A DNA stretch of 60,709 bases, counting the filler. It is 6 parts of 6 records of this genome, joined end to end, with 100 filler letters (N's around TTAATTAATTAA, not from the genome) between each part and the next. Parts side by side here need not be neighbours in the genome. Positions count along the whole stretch, not along the records: positions 17,611 to 26,202 come from SRR31156797_4639; positions 26,303 to 36,703 come from SRR31156797_4642; 4 more parts are not named here. One strand, given 5' to 3'. The translations under genes were made by a program, and so were the position numbers. Shown here piece after piece: positions 19,008-29,072 of this stretch. The stretch's first letter is position 1; each line of letters begins with the position of its first letter. The notes under the pieces were generated by a model. The model saw only the letters and a program-made list of their open reading frames with translations. It had not been told where the DNA came from and made no database searches.

Positions 19008-21086
19008 TTATAGGGGGTTTCGGATGTGGTACTTTTTCATCTTGGAATACAGGGTATTGCGTCCGATTCCCAGGGCGTCGGCGGCCTTGGAGATATTGCC
19101 GCCGTAGTGGCGCAGGGTTCTTTCGATGGCTCTTTTTTCAAGGGTGCTCAGTTTCATGATTTCATGGCCGGCTTCGTGCGGGCGGGCGTTTTTGGCGTTA
19201 AGCAGATAATTCGGGAGGTGCTTCGACCGCAGGTGCGTTCCCTTGACGAAGTTGACGGCGTGTTCCATGGCATTGATCAATTCACGTACGTTCCCGGGCC
19301 AATGGTGATTTTCCAGAAAAAAGAATACCTCATCGTCAATAATATTGATTTCCCGACCGATATTCCTGGACGCCTTTTTGACGAAATGGGTGGTTAATAA
19401 CCTGATGTCTGCCTTCCGTGTGCGCAATGGGGGCAAGGGGATGCTGATGGCATTGAGACGATAGTAGAGATCTTCCCTGAAATTACCGGCAGCCACTTCC
19501 TCGAAGAGGCTCTTGTTGGTGGCGGCCAGGATGCGCACATCAATGGGAATGGCCTTTTTGGAACCCACCGGTACCACGATTCTTTCTTCCAGAACCCTTA
19601 AAAGGTTGATCTGCATTTCATAGGGCATTTCACCGATTTCATCTAAAAAGAGGGTGCCGCCGTTGGCCATTTCGAATTTCCCGGCACAACCGCCCTTTTG
19701 GGCACCTGTAAAGGCCCCGTCACTGTAACCGAACAGTTCGCTTTGGATCAATTCCCTGGCAATGGCACCGCAATTGATGGGGATAAACGGTCCGTTACGG
19801 TAAGGGCTTGCGCCGTGAATGGCTTGCGCCAGAATTTCCTTACCGGTGCCGCTTTCCCCAAGGATCAAAATGGTTGAGGAACTCCGGGCAACCTGTTTGG
19901 CTTGCCGGATGGTCCGGCGCATGGCCTTGCTTTCGCCCATGAGATCTCCGAAGGTGTATTTCGCCGTAAAGCCCATGGAACGCTTGGCAACGTGCGGGGC
20001 TTTGGCTATTTTCGAAAAGGTCAAAACCGCTCCGCAGGCCATGTCTTTTTCGGGAATTATCGGGTTGGCCGACGCCATGCAATCGATCCTGCCTTTGGGG
20101 GTCCGCAGCATTATGGACTCCTGATAATACCCCCGGCCGGTTGAAAAAAACCCTTTTAAACGGTCATCCACGTGAATGAATGCGCTCAAATCTTTTCCGA
20201 TGATTTCCGATGGCAGCAGTTGAAGTGTTTTGGCCGCCACCTGGTTTATGCCGGTGATGCGGCCGTTGGAATTTACGGCAACCACACCATCATTTACGGA
20301 GTTGAGGACGGCTTCCAGATATTGATTTGTGACCGATAAGTCGTCTTTGGCGTATTGCAGGCAGATCCGTTCCTCAATGGCGCTGGCCGCCGCCAAGACC
20401 AAGCCCATTTGGTGGGCGTTAACATTTTCCTGGGGTCCGGAGATGTCGATAAACCCGACGATGCTGCCCCGGTAATCTCTGATGGGTGCAGCCGAGCAGG
20501 TCCATGAATGGTGGCTTTCGCAATAATGTTCAACCCCTGTCACCATGACGGGCTCTTTGATGGCAAGGGCCGTTCCGATGGCATTGGTGCCGACGCTGTC
20601 TTCCCGCCAGTTGGCGCCGGGGCCGAAACATAACCGGTCGGCATGCTGCAATGCTTTAAGATCACCGCATGCTTTCAAAATGTATCCATCCCGGTCGATG
20701 AGCACAATCACAAAATCCGAACCATGCAAACAATGGTAAAGGGTCCGGATAATGGGTTGGGCCATCCGCAGCAGCCAGTCATTGCGGCTTTCCAATTTAT
20801 CTTTGGGTAAAAAATCCTCACATTTTCCAGCCACCGGATCCAGCTCCCGGGAGCGGCACCTCTCCCAGGATAACAAAATGGTTTCGTTGACTCCGGCCGA
20901 CGGCGTTTCGCCATGTTCAATGAAATGGCGCCACAAATGCTTTTCGGACTTGAGCGGCGTCCGCCAGGAAATGCCTTCCCAAGGGGGGAGCAGGACCGAT
21001 TTGACCAATTCGATCCCTTCGGCCTCCTTTTGATCATCAATGAAACAAAATCCGTCGTTCTTGCGGGCCAATCGGTACATTTTCAT
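19008..21086 (-). CDS. acoR: sigma54-dependent activator, AcoR-like (GAF-PAS-AAA+-Fis HTH)
   Basis: SWERC, GTNAIGTAL (GAF), GESGTGKE, GAFTGA, WPGNVREL, HTH; next to aco genes. Confidence 0.85.
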   Translation of the reverse strand: MKMYRLARKNDGFCFIDDQKEAEGIELVKSVLLPPWEGISWRTPLKSEKHLWRHFIEHGETPSAGVNETILLSWERCRSRELDPVAGKCEDFLPKDKLESRNDWLLRMAQPIIRTLYHCLHGSDFVIVLIDRDGYILKACGDLKALQHADRLCFGPGANWREDSVGTNAIGTALAIKEPVMVTGVEHYCESHHSWTCSAAPIRDYRGSIVGFIDISGPQENVNAHQMGLVLAAASAIEERICLQYAKDDLSVTNQYLEAVLNSVNDGVVAVNSNGRITGINQVAAKTLQLLPSEIIGKDLSAFIHVDDRLKGFFSTGRGYYQESIMLRTPKGRIDCMASANPIIPEKDMACGAVLTFSKIAKAPHVAKRSMGFTAKYTFGDLMGESKAMRRTIRQAKQVARSSSTILILGESGTGKEILAQAIHGASPYRNGPFIPINCGAIARELIQSELFGYSDGAFTGAQKGGCAGKFEMANGGTLFLDEIGEMPYEMQINLLRVLEERIVVPVGSKKAIPIDVRILAATNKSLFEEVAAGNFREDLYYRLNAISIPLPPLRTRKADIRLLTTHFVKKASRNIGREINIIDDEVFFFLENHHWPGNVRELINAMEHAVNFVKGTHLRSKHLPNYLLNAKNARPHEAGHEIMKLSTLEKRAIERTLRHYGGNISKAADALGIGRNTLYSKMKKYHIRNPL

Positions 21087-21132
21087 GCCTCGATGTCAAA
21101 AGTAGTTGGTCACTACCTCAAATACCCCGGTA

Positions 21133-21810
21133 TTATGACTGATTTTCCCCTTCCACAATGACATTGACCCCGGGCGGTGCAACAAATTCAAAGAATCCTT
21201 TTTCAAAGGTTTTTCCCAGTGAAAAATCACCCAGGTTGAATCGGGTAACGCTCCCCAGTGCGTTAAAAATGCGAACGGAGCGAATTTCATGTTCGGGGTT
21301 TACGGTGAGGATGATGCGATTAATTTCCTGCCAGGGCGGATCGGGCACCAGCACAATTAAATTATTTCCTTTTTCATCCTTCTCTTGTAGCTGCACCTGA
21401 AAGCTGTCTTTAACCTCTGCCAAACCACGGAAAATATCACTGAGCAATCTCAGTTCCCTGCCGAAATCCTTGGCTCGGTACCGGTGGGCCTCCTTTTTGT
21501 GGGGGATGTACCACCAGAGGATATTGTCATTGGCGATGATGGTTTCACTCTCGGGTTTTTCCTGGTCCAGCCTCAAAAAATGGGGGGATTTGAAATGGAT
21601 GATGCCGGCCGCAAGGTCCCCTTTGGCCTGGGTGCCCAGCATGCTCATGGATCGGGTCATGACGTCGCGGGTGTATGGGACTGAGAGGCCGGAAGTCATG
21701 CCATAACGATTCTTGATCCCCTGGAGGATGTCTGTTAAGGCATCTTCCCCTAGGACGGGCGAATGTACAAACCATGTGAGTAATACCGTGATCAAAAGAA
21801 TTTTGCGCAT
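21133..21810 (-). CDS. lolA: outer membrane lipoprotein carrier LolA family
   Basis: Signal peptide, LWWYIP, F.F..PPGVNVI C-terminus; downstream of ftsK. Confidence 0.85.
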   Translation of the reverse strand: MRKILLITVLLTWFVHSPVLGEDALTDILQGIKNRYGMTSGLSVPYTRDVMTRSMSMLGTQAKGDLAAGIIHFKSPHFLRLDQEKPESETIIANDNILWWYIPHKKEAHRYRAKDFGRELRLLSDIFRGLAEVKDSFQVQLQEKDEKGNNLIVLVPDPPWQEINRIILTVNPEHEIRSVRIFNALGSVTRFNLGDFSLGKTFEKGFFEFVAPPGVNVIVEGENQS

Positions 21811-21811
21811 A

Positions 21812-24061
21812 TTAACTTCCCTTTCTGCCATATACTTGCCTCGGCCGGACACCATCGGAGGGCCCCACGATCCCTTCCGTTTCCATCACCTCAATCATTC
21901 GAGCGGCCCGATTGTACCCCACTCTCAGTTTGCGCTGCACCATGGAGATGGAGGCCTGTCCCGATTGGCAGACCACCTCAACGGCCTCATCGAATTTTTC
22001 ATCCATCTCCATGGGGTTTTCATCTGTGAGTTCCTCTTGGACCATGTGGCTAAGGATGGTGGCATCATAGTCCGGCTTTTTCTGGCTTCTCAGGAAATCG
22101 GCCACCTCCTTGACCTCTTCATCGGAGATATAGGCGCCGTGAATGCGCTGGATGCGGCCCACGCCGGGCGGCATGAACAGCATATCCCCGTCACCCAGGA
22201 GATGCTCGGCGCCGTTGGTGTCCAGGATGGTACGGGAGTCCACTTTTGAAGAGACCTGGAATGACAGACGGGTGGGAAAATTGGCCTTGATAATACCGGT
22301 GAGTACATTCACCGAGGGTCTCTGAGTGGCGATGATGAGGTGAATGCCGGCGGCCCGGGCCATCTGGGCCAGGCGCGTGATGGATTCTTCCACTTCCTTT
22401 GAGCTGACCATCATGAGATCCGCCAGTTCATCGATGATAATAATGATGTAGGGGAGGTGGCGGTCAGTGCCCCGGTCTTCTTGCCCCTCTTCAGGCGGTG
22501 CTTTCTTTTTGGCCTGTTTCACGATTTTTCGGTTGTAGGAGTCAATATTCCTGACCCCCCTGTCCGACAGCAGCATGTACCGCCGTTCCATCTCCGAAAC
22601 GGCCCATTTGAGGGCCTTGTTGGCGTCCTTGGGTTCGGTGACCACCGGGTGAAGGAGATGGGGGATGTCCTGGTAAACGGATAACTCAATGCGTTTGGGG
22701 TCCACCATGAGGAAGCGCGCCGTCTCGGGGGTGGTGGTATAGAGCAGGCTCTGGATCATGGCGTTGATGGAAACACTCTTGCCGGTTCCGGTGGCGCCGG
22801 CCACCAGCAGATGGGGCATTTTCGCAAGATCGGCCACCACGGCGGAACCGGTGATGTCCTTGCCCAGGGCGATGGGGAGTTTACTTTTGGTGTCGGTATA
22901 GGAGGAACTGGAAAGCAGTTCCTGCAAATAGACCATTTCCCGCTGGTTGTTGGGGATTTCGATGCCGATGGCGGCTTTGCCCGGTATGGGGGCCACGATG
23001 CGGATGCTTTGAGCTCTCAGGGTTAAGGCCAGATCATCGGAGAGCCCCGCCACTTTGCTGATTTTAACCCCGGGTGCCGGCTTGTATTCGTACATGGTGA
23101 TGACGGGCCCCGGAAGGATTTCCACCACTTCCCCTTCCACACCGAAGTCCTCGAGCTTTTTCTCCAGCCGGCGCGCATTCATCTCCAGGGCCTCCCGCTG
23201 GAAGGTGACATTGGTGTTCTCCGGAGGGGTGTCCAAGAGGCCCAGGGAAGGGAGGTCAAATGCTCCCGGCCGTTGCATGAATGCAAATTTTTCCTGCCGG
23301 GGAGGGGGGGGCGGCTCTCTTCTCGGGGTCTCTACGATGTTGACTTTCGGCTTTTTCTTGATTTTGCCGCGTGCCGCAAGGGTTTTTTTTGCTCTTTTTT
23401 TCCGCTCCTTTCTTTTGGTTATAATATCCTTTATTTTCTTGAAAATTCCCAATATCCACAAACCCAGTCGGGAGAAAATCCAGCCGAAAGAAAGGCGGGT
23501 CACCGTCAACAGTGTTATAATGAAGATGGATGCCAGAAAAACATAGGAACCGAAAGAATTGAGGATACTGATGGACAACCCCGCAATATGAAGGCCCATA
23601 AGCCCTCCCGCGGCCATGACGGTTCCCCTGTAGAAAAGTCCCCTCTCAAACTGAAGGCTCAAGAGTGCCGAAAATGAAGCCAGCATGATCAACACGGTGA
23701 TCATACCTTTGACGGGTGATGAGAGGGATCGCCCTTTCAATGTGATAAGGGACAATATAAACAGGATCACCGGTATCCAGAACGCCCCCATCCCCAGCAG
23801 ATCAAAGAGACCACCGGATAAATGGCTCCCCACGGTTCCAAAGAGGTTGTGTGCTTTGCCCAAATTGCCTGCAACATTCCAGAATAGTTTATCCAAAGGG
23901 GAATATGAGAGAAGGCTCCCCCCCAGAACCACCGCCAGCAGGAGAAAAACGAGCCCCCTGATTTCCTTTTTGAGAGGATGCCCCGGATTTTCGGGTTGCT
24001 TGGATCCGGATTGCAGCGGTTTTTTATGGGGTTCAGGGGATGATGGTTTCTTTCTTTTCAT
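21812..24061 (-). CDS. ftsK: DNA translocase FtsK
   Basis: 4TM N-terminus, PHLLVAGATGTGKSV, IDELADLMM, gamma domain GYNRAARMIE. Confidence 0.97.
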   Translation of the reverse strand: MKRKKPSSPEPHKKPLQSGSKQPENPGHPLKKEIRGLVFLLLAVVLGGSLLSYSPLDKLFWNVAGNLGKAHNLFGTVGSHLSGGLFDLLGMGAFWIPVILFILSLITLKGRSLSSPVKGMITVLIMLASFSALLSLQFERGLFYRGTVMAAGGLMGLHIAGLSISILNSFGSYVFLASIFIITLLTVTRLSFGWIFSRLGLWILGIFKKIKDIITKRKERKKRAKKTLAARGKIKKKPKVNIVETPRREPPPPPRQEKFAFMQRPGAFDLPSLGLLDTPPENTNVTFQREALEMNARRLEKKLEDFGVEGEVVEILPGPVITMYEYKPAPGVKISKVAGLSDDLALTLRAQSIRIVAPIPGKAAIGIEIPNNQREMVYLQELLSSSSYTDTKSKLPIALGKDITGSAVVADLAKMPHLLVAGATGTGKSVSINAMIQSLLYTTTPETARFLMVDPKRIELSVYQDIPHLLHPVVTEPKDANKALKWAVSEMERRYMLLSDRGVRNIDSYNRKIVKQAKKKAPPEEGQEDRGTDRHLPYIIIIIDELADLMMVSSKEVEESITRLAQMARAAGIHLIIATQRPSVNVLTGIIKANFPTRLSFQVSSKVDSRTILDTNGAEHLLGDGDMLFMPPGVGRIQRIHGAYISDEEVKEVADFLRSQKKPDYDATILSHMVQEELTDENPMEMDEKFDEAVEVVCQSGQASISMVQRKLRVGYNRAARMIEVMETEGIVGPSDGVRPRQVYGRKGS

Positions 24062-24077
24062 CTTTATTTATGCAGGC

Positions 24078-25727
24078 TCACAAAACGATGATGGTCGGTA
24101 TGATGAGAGGGCTTCTCTCTATCACGTTGTAAAAAAAGCGTTTTAGTCTTCTCCGGATTTCCGCTTCCATTTTTTTGCCATCCACGGGAAAAGGCTTTTC
24201 TATTTCATCGATCACCTCTAACACGATACATTGGGCATCCTCAAGGATAAATTGCCCCTGATTTTCAAATACAAAGCCGCGAGATATCATTTCCGGGCCG
24301 AAAAGAATTTTGCCGGTCTGTTCATCCAAAACCATTTGAACCACCACCATGCCGTGATTCCTGAGCTTTCGCCGATCTCTCAGGACGGTTTCTTCAATAT
24401 CGCCAACACCTTTTCCGTCAACAAAGGTACGTCCTGCCGTTATGGTCTCTTTTATCTTTCCCAAACCATCATTAAAAGAGATGATATCGCCATCCCGGGC
24501 AATGAGCACGTGATCCTCGTCCATTCCCATGTCGAGGGCGATTTGGGCGTGTTTGACCAGTTGACGGTATTCGCCGTGGATGGGGATGAAATATCGCGGT
24601 CTGACCAGACTCAGCATGACCTTCAATTCCGCCTGTCTGGCATGTCCGGAGGTATGAATGTCCGATACGTTTTCGTAGATCACATCCGCTCCCAGGGCAT
24701 ATAGCTTGTTGATGACGGACGTAATGGCCTTTTCATTGCCCGGAATGAACCTGGACGACAGAATGATGGTGTCGCCCTTGTGTATGGCAATGCCTTTGTG
24801 CTGCCCTCTGGCCATCCGGCTCAGGGCGCTCATGGGTTCTCCCTGGCTGCCGGTGGTAACGATCACCACCCGGTTGTCCGGAAGGGACTTCATTTTTTTT
24901 TCGGTAATTTCAAGATCTTCAGGGAAATGGATAAACCCGTGGGCTTTGGCAATCCCCACATTGGTGATCATGCTTCTTCCATTGAAAACGACTTTGCGGT
25001 CAAACTCTTCCGCCAGGGAAATGATTTCCTGGATTCTCGTGATGTTTGAGGCGAAACTGGCAACAATCAGCCTTCCCCGGCCGGCCAGAAAGTAATCCCT
25101 GAGTGTCTTTTTGACATCCCGTTCACTGAGGGTATACCCTTCTTTTTCGGCATTGGTGGAATCGGAAAAGAAAGCCAGGACACCTTTTTCACCGAAGTGG
25201 GCAAAACGGATGAGGTCGGTTAGCTGTCCATCAACCGGCGTGGGATCAATTCGAAAATCTCCGGAATGGAGAATGAACCCTTCGGGGGTTTCAATGGCCA
25301 GACCCACCCCGTCGACGATGCTGTGGTTGACCCGGATGCCTTCCACCCTAAATGGACCGATCTCGTGGATTTCACCCGGAATGACGGTCTTGAGATCAGG
25401 ATTTTGAGGCAGGGTGTGCTCTTTCAGTTTTTCCCGCAATAAATCCAGGGTAAAACCGGTGCCGAATACGGGTACCGGAAACTCCTTGAGCAAAAAAGGG
25501 ATGGCGCCGATATGGTCCTCATGACCATGGGTCAGAATAACGGCTTCTATCTTTTCCCGGTTTTCCCTGAGATAGGTGAAATCGGGGATGACCAGGTCCA
25601 CGCCGAGCATATAATCATCCGGGAACATTAACCCCGCGTCAACCACCACCATGTGGGAATCGCTTTGAATGACCATCATATTGAGGCCGATTTCACCCAG
25701 GCCCCCCAACGGTATGATTTTTAACAT
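24078..25727 (-). CDS. rnj: ribonuclease J
   Basis: PLGGLGEIGLN, THGHEDHIG, TGSQGEPM, HTSGHA, PIHGE. Confidence 0.96.
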   Translation of the reverse strand: MLKIIPLGGLGEIGLNMMVIQSDSHMVVVDAGLMFPDDYMLGVDLVIPDFTYLRENREKIEAVILTHGHEDHIGAIPFLLKEFPVPVFGTGFTLDLLREKLKEHTLPQNPDLKTVIPGEIHEIGPFRVEGIRVNHSIVDGVGLAIETPEGFILHSGDFRIDPTPVDGQLTDLIRFAHFGEKGVLAFFSDSTNAEKEGYTLSERDVKKTLRDYFLAGRGRLIVASFASNITRIQEIISLAEEFDRKVVFNGRSMITNVGIAKAHGFIHFPEDLEITEKKMKSLPDNRVVIVTTGSQGEPMSALSRMARGQHKGIAIHKGDTIILSSRFIPGNEKAITSVINKLYALGADVIYENVSDIHTSGHARQAELKVMLSLVRPRYFIPIHGEYRQLVKHAQIALDMGMDEDHVLIARDGDIISFNDGLGKIKETITAGRTFVDGKGVGDIEETVLRDRRKLRNHGMVVVQMVLDEQTGKILFGPEMISRGFVFENQGQFILEDAQCIVLEVIDEIEKPFPVDGKKMEAEIRRRLKRFFYNVIERSPLIIPTIIVL

Positions 25728-25959
25728 GGGTTGCACCTCTAGAGATTTTGTTCCTATAATCAAATGGTTGATTAATTATATTGAATAAACAGCACCTTAA
25801 ACGGTTTCATCATTTCAGTCAACAGGCAATTGTATTTTTTTCACTATCCTCATCCATTATGAATGTTTTTGACTTGTTTCCGTTGGCTATGGTATGGAAC
25901 GGATTTAAGACAGTCCATGTCAGTCTTGTGGGTGAGACCAGAAGGGAGGAAATACGATA

Positions 25960-26202
25960 ATGGCGAGTGTTAATAAGGTAATACTGGTGGGTAATCTGGG
26001 AGCGGACCCGGATGTTCGATATACGCCCAGTGGTGTGGCGGTAGCCAATTTTTCCGTTGCCACCAAAGAAACGTGGAAAGACAAGAATACAGGGGAAAAG
26101 AAGGAACAGACGGAATGGCATCGCATCGTGGCCTGGCGCCGGCTAGGCGAAATCTGCGGGGAGTACTTGCGCAAAGGCAGCCAGGTCTATATCGAGGGGA
26201 GC
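25960..26202 (+). CDS. ssb: single-stranded DNA-binding protein (3' truncated)
   Basis: [17 protein letters not shown]...TEWHRIV...[11 protein letters not shown]. Confidence 0.96.
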
Positions 26203-26302
26203 NNNNNNNNNNNNNNNNNNNNNNNNNNNNNNNNNNNNNNNNNNNNTTAATTAATTAANNNNNNNNNNNNNNNNNNNNNNNNNNNNNNNNNNNNNNNNNN
26301 NN
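26203..26302. other. artificial contig spacer
   Basis: N44-TTAATTAATTAA-N44. Confidence 0.99.
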
Positions 26303-26555
26303 TGAGTATCAACCGTTAATGCAAACATAGCGAATAAATTTATATATAAAACAAGATATTTTTGAATGTGATGTAAAGTTACGATATAGAACACAAAAAA
26401 TAAGATGTAAAGTTTCTATAGAAGATGGAATTGGATATGTTGAATTAAGTGAAGATGTGTATGGTATTGCACTTGGACAAGTCGCAGTATTTTATCATAA
26501 ATGTATGATTTTAGGCAGTGGATTTATCCTAAAAACTGAAAAAACTAGTTCTTAA
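26303..26555 (+). CDS. mnmA: tRNA 2-thiouridylase MnmA, C-terminal fragment
   Basis: Manual translation CDVKLRYRTQ...VYGIALGQVAVFY...LGSGFI; the first ~30 nt do not stay open in this frame (contig edge). Confidence 0.8.
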
Positions 26556-26608
26556 AATAAATTAAAAACGTGCTATTATCTATTTTTAAATAAAAAGGAG
26601 TATATTTT

Positions 26609-27022
26609 ATGGCTATGGTCTCAACAAAAGGTGCATATGGATTAACAGCAATTATTATTTTAGCTAGAGCAAAAAATAATGAGTTATTACAGATAAAAGA
26701 GATTGCATCTTTAGGAAATATTCCCTCAAACTATTTAGAACAAATTCTTGTAGTTATGAAAAAAAGTGGTATAGTTGAAAGTATACGAGGGGCTAACGGT
26801 GGATATAGACTCCTTAAAGAACCTAAAGATATTCAAGTATATGAGATACTAAAAACCCTTGATTGTTGTGTCTCATTTGCTGACTCCAAAGCGTCAAATA
26901 GTATACTTAAGCCTTTTTGGGAAGAAACACAAAAGAAAATGGAAGAGTTTTTTTCACTAACAATTAAAGAGCTTGAAGAGTTCTTAGACTCCAAATCTCA
27001 AAATATAATGTATTATATTTAG
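26609..27022 (+). CDS. Rrf2 family transcriptional regulator (CymR-like)
   Basis: STKGAYGL...YLEQIL...VESIRGANGGYRL. Confidence 0.92.
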   Translation: MAMVSTKGAYGLTAIIILARAKNNELLQIKEIASLGNIPSNYLEQILVVMKKSGIVESIRGANGGYRLLKEPKDIQVYEILKTLDCCVSFADSKASNSILKPFWEETQKKMEEFFSLTIKELEEFLDSKSQNIMYYI

Positions 27023-27048
27023 CAACTTTTAATATATTAGTCTCTATC

Positions 27049-27235
27049 CAACAACAGAGAATATTATGAGCTTTTATCTTTATGCTCTCTTCTTTCTTTA
27101 TGTTAGGATTTACTATTCTTGTTGAAATATCTCCTAGTGGTTGATCTTGTTTACAGATATACTCTCTTTAAAATATTTTTTAATCTTACTAAAAGTGGAT
27201 GTTATTTAAAGGATATAGGATTTGATATAGCTACC
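27049..27235 (+). pseudogene. decayed 3' fragment of an ABC-2 permease (YbhR/YbhS-like)
   Basis: QQQRIL*AFIFMLSSFFMLGFTILVE / WLILFTDILSLKYFLILLK / LKDIGFDIA across stops and frameshifts matches the QQQAILGAF...PLKYF...LKD pattern. Confidence 0.6.
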
Positions 27236-27313
27236 TAATGTTGTTTTTTTGACTATTCTTTTTATGGGAGTTACTTTGATATTTTGAAAAAAAGCTTAAT
27301 TTTTTAAATTTTT

Positions 27314-27356
27314 ATTTTGTGACGCAAAATTGTGACACTTTTATGATATAGTTTTA
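27314..27356 (+). promoter_or_regulatory. 43-bp promoter/operator block, copy 1
   Basis: 40/43 identical to 29073-29115; TTGTGAC twice at 13-bp period, then TGnTATAGT extended -10. Confidence 0.75.
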
Positions 27357-27449
27357 GAATTAAGTTTTCATAGATTTGAAACTTAAAAACTAAATACAAT
27401 AATTCACTGAAATGACTATATTATTTCATGAGTTACAGGAGAAACTATT

Positions 27450-27833
27450 GTGAAAAGCATATTCAAAAAATCCAGTTTTATGGTGGTATTAATTTTACTA
27501 TTTAGTGGGTGTTCTACGTGGTCAACAACTAATGTCCAAAAAACAACTCACAAAGTAGAAAAAGTCGTACAAAAAGATAAAATAATTATTTCTGAAAAAG
27601 AAGTAGTTGATAAAAAGTATGTTGTACTTGGAGAGATTGACGTTACAGTAAATAAGACAACTATTTTTCATAAAGACCCTACAAAAGAGGCTGTGAATGA
27701 AAAGTTGAAAGAGGAAGCTTCAAAAATTGGTGCTGATGCTGTCATTTTTGTTAGATATGGTGCAGTTGGTGTCTCAATGATGAGTTGGGGAAGTCTAAAT
27801 GGAAAAGGGAGGGCTATAAAATTTGTTAAGTAA
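27450..27833 (+). CDS. lipoprotein, YbjQ/heavy-metal-binding-like fold
   Basis: Lipobox FSGC; LKEEASKIGADAVI motif. Confidence 0.7.
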   Translation: MKSIFKKSSFMVVLILLFSGCSTWSTTNVQKTTHKVEKVVQKDKIIISEKEVVDKKYVVLGEIDVTVNKTTIFHKDPTKEAVNEKLKEEASKIGADAVIFVRYGAVGVSMMSWGSLNGKGRAIKFVK

Positions 27834-28212
27834 GTCTATATATTTATTAGTAGTAATACTATTTTTAACTTCTTGTGCGAAAAATGCTCCAGAACTACCT
27901 GAAGATTATGGGTCAGTTGATAAAAAATATATATTGAGTGAAAGTGATTTTAATGATCAGCTTTTAAAGTTATCATGCAGTGACATTGAAATACAGCTAA
28001 AAGAACTAAGTAATCTTAATGAAGAGAATGTTGATAAAATCAATGCAACACGTCAAAAAGATCAAGCCGCTGCATATGCTGCAATAATGTTATTCCCTCC
28101 TATTTGGGGTACAATTACTGATCATGAAGAAACAAAAGATAAAATTGACGAAGTTTATAAACAGATGGATAATTTATATAAGTTACAGTCATACAAAAAA
28201 TGTAATCAATAA
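27823..28212 (+). CDS. hypothetical lipoprotein
   Basis: Lipobox LTSC; overlaps the upstream gene. Confidence 0.7.
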   Translation: MLSKSIYLLVVILFLTSCAKNAPELPEDYGSVDKKYILSESDFNDQLLKLSCSDIEIQLKELSNLNEENVDKINATRQKDQAAAYAAIMLFPPIWGTITDHEETKDKIDEVYKQMDNLYKLQSYKKCNQ

Positions 28213-28218
28213 TATCTC

Positions 28219-28817
28219 CAATAAAAATCCTCGTGGCAGAGCCCTTTCGTGCATTCGCACGAAACTTTTAGCTCATCTCTACGATGTTGCTAAAAGCGAG
28301 GTATTTTGAGCTACATCTCTAAGTCTAGTTCACCTTGATGTATCTTATTATATTGTTTCCCTTGATTCTTCACATATTTCCTTATTATCTCTTCATTAGC
28401 ATATTGTCCAACTGTATTTGCATAGTATCCGCTTGTCCACAATGATCCACCCCACAATATCTCTTTTATCTCTGGATGAAATTTAAATATCTTTTTTGCT
28501 GTTATACTTTTGATTGTTCTTACTATCTCTGTCAAACTTAGTGTATGTACACTTTGTATGAGAAAGTGTACATGATCTTCATCATTCCCTATTTCTATGA
28601 AATTTATTTCATATCTACAACTTATTCCCTCACATACTCTTTTTAATGTTTTATCTACTGCTTTATCAAATACTTTTTTTCTATATTTTGCAGGAAATAC
28701 TAAATGATACAATAGGAGAGTTTTATTATGACTTTTGTAGATATGTTCACTTTTCATGAACTCATTATAACGTTTTTCGACCCAAAGGGTCGGGGTATTA
28801 AACCCTACTTAGAATAA
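28219..28817 (-). mobile_element. IS200/IS605-family insertion sequence (tnpA only); ends approximate
   Basis: HUH Y1 transposase flanked by subterminal hairpins (CGACCC-AAA-GGGTCG at left end; CCTCG...CGAGG at right end); TTTATT at both boundaries on - strand. Confidence 0.85.
28311..28757 (-). CDS. tnpA: IS200-family Y1 transposase
   Basis: YHLVFPAKYR, DHVHFL (HUH), LWTSGYY, YVKNQG. Confidence 0.95.
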   Translation of the reverse strand: MKSEHIYKSHNKTLLLYHLVFPAKYRKKVFDKAVDKTLKRVCEGISCRYEINFIEIGNDEDHVHFLIQSVHTLSLTEIVRTIKSITAKKIFKFHPEIKEILWGGSLWTSGYYANTVGQYANEEIIRKYVKNQGKQYNKIHQGELDLEM

Positions 28818-28845
28818 AAAAGCCCCACTTTACAGCAGGGCTTTT
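28818..28845 (+). terminator. terminator-like hairpin
   Basis: AAAAGCCC-N12-GGGCTTTT. Confidence 0.5.
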
Positions 28846-29072
28846 CTACGATAACAAAATTTAAAACTATAATGCAATAGGTGTTCCTTAGAAAATTACT
28901 TAAAAAAAGTATTCTGATTTTTCTAAAAATTTTCACTTTTTATCAACTTTTTTAAATTTTTAGAAAAACTAACACTTCTGTAATAAAGTATTTAAATGGC
29001 TTATTTAAAGTATTTATTAACTCTTCTTCTACCATATAAATTAGTAAAATATTGAATAATAATTAAAAAAAA

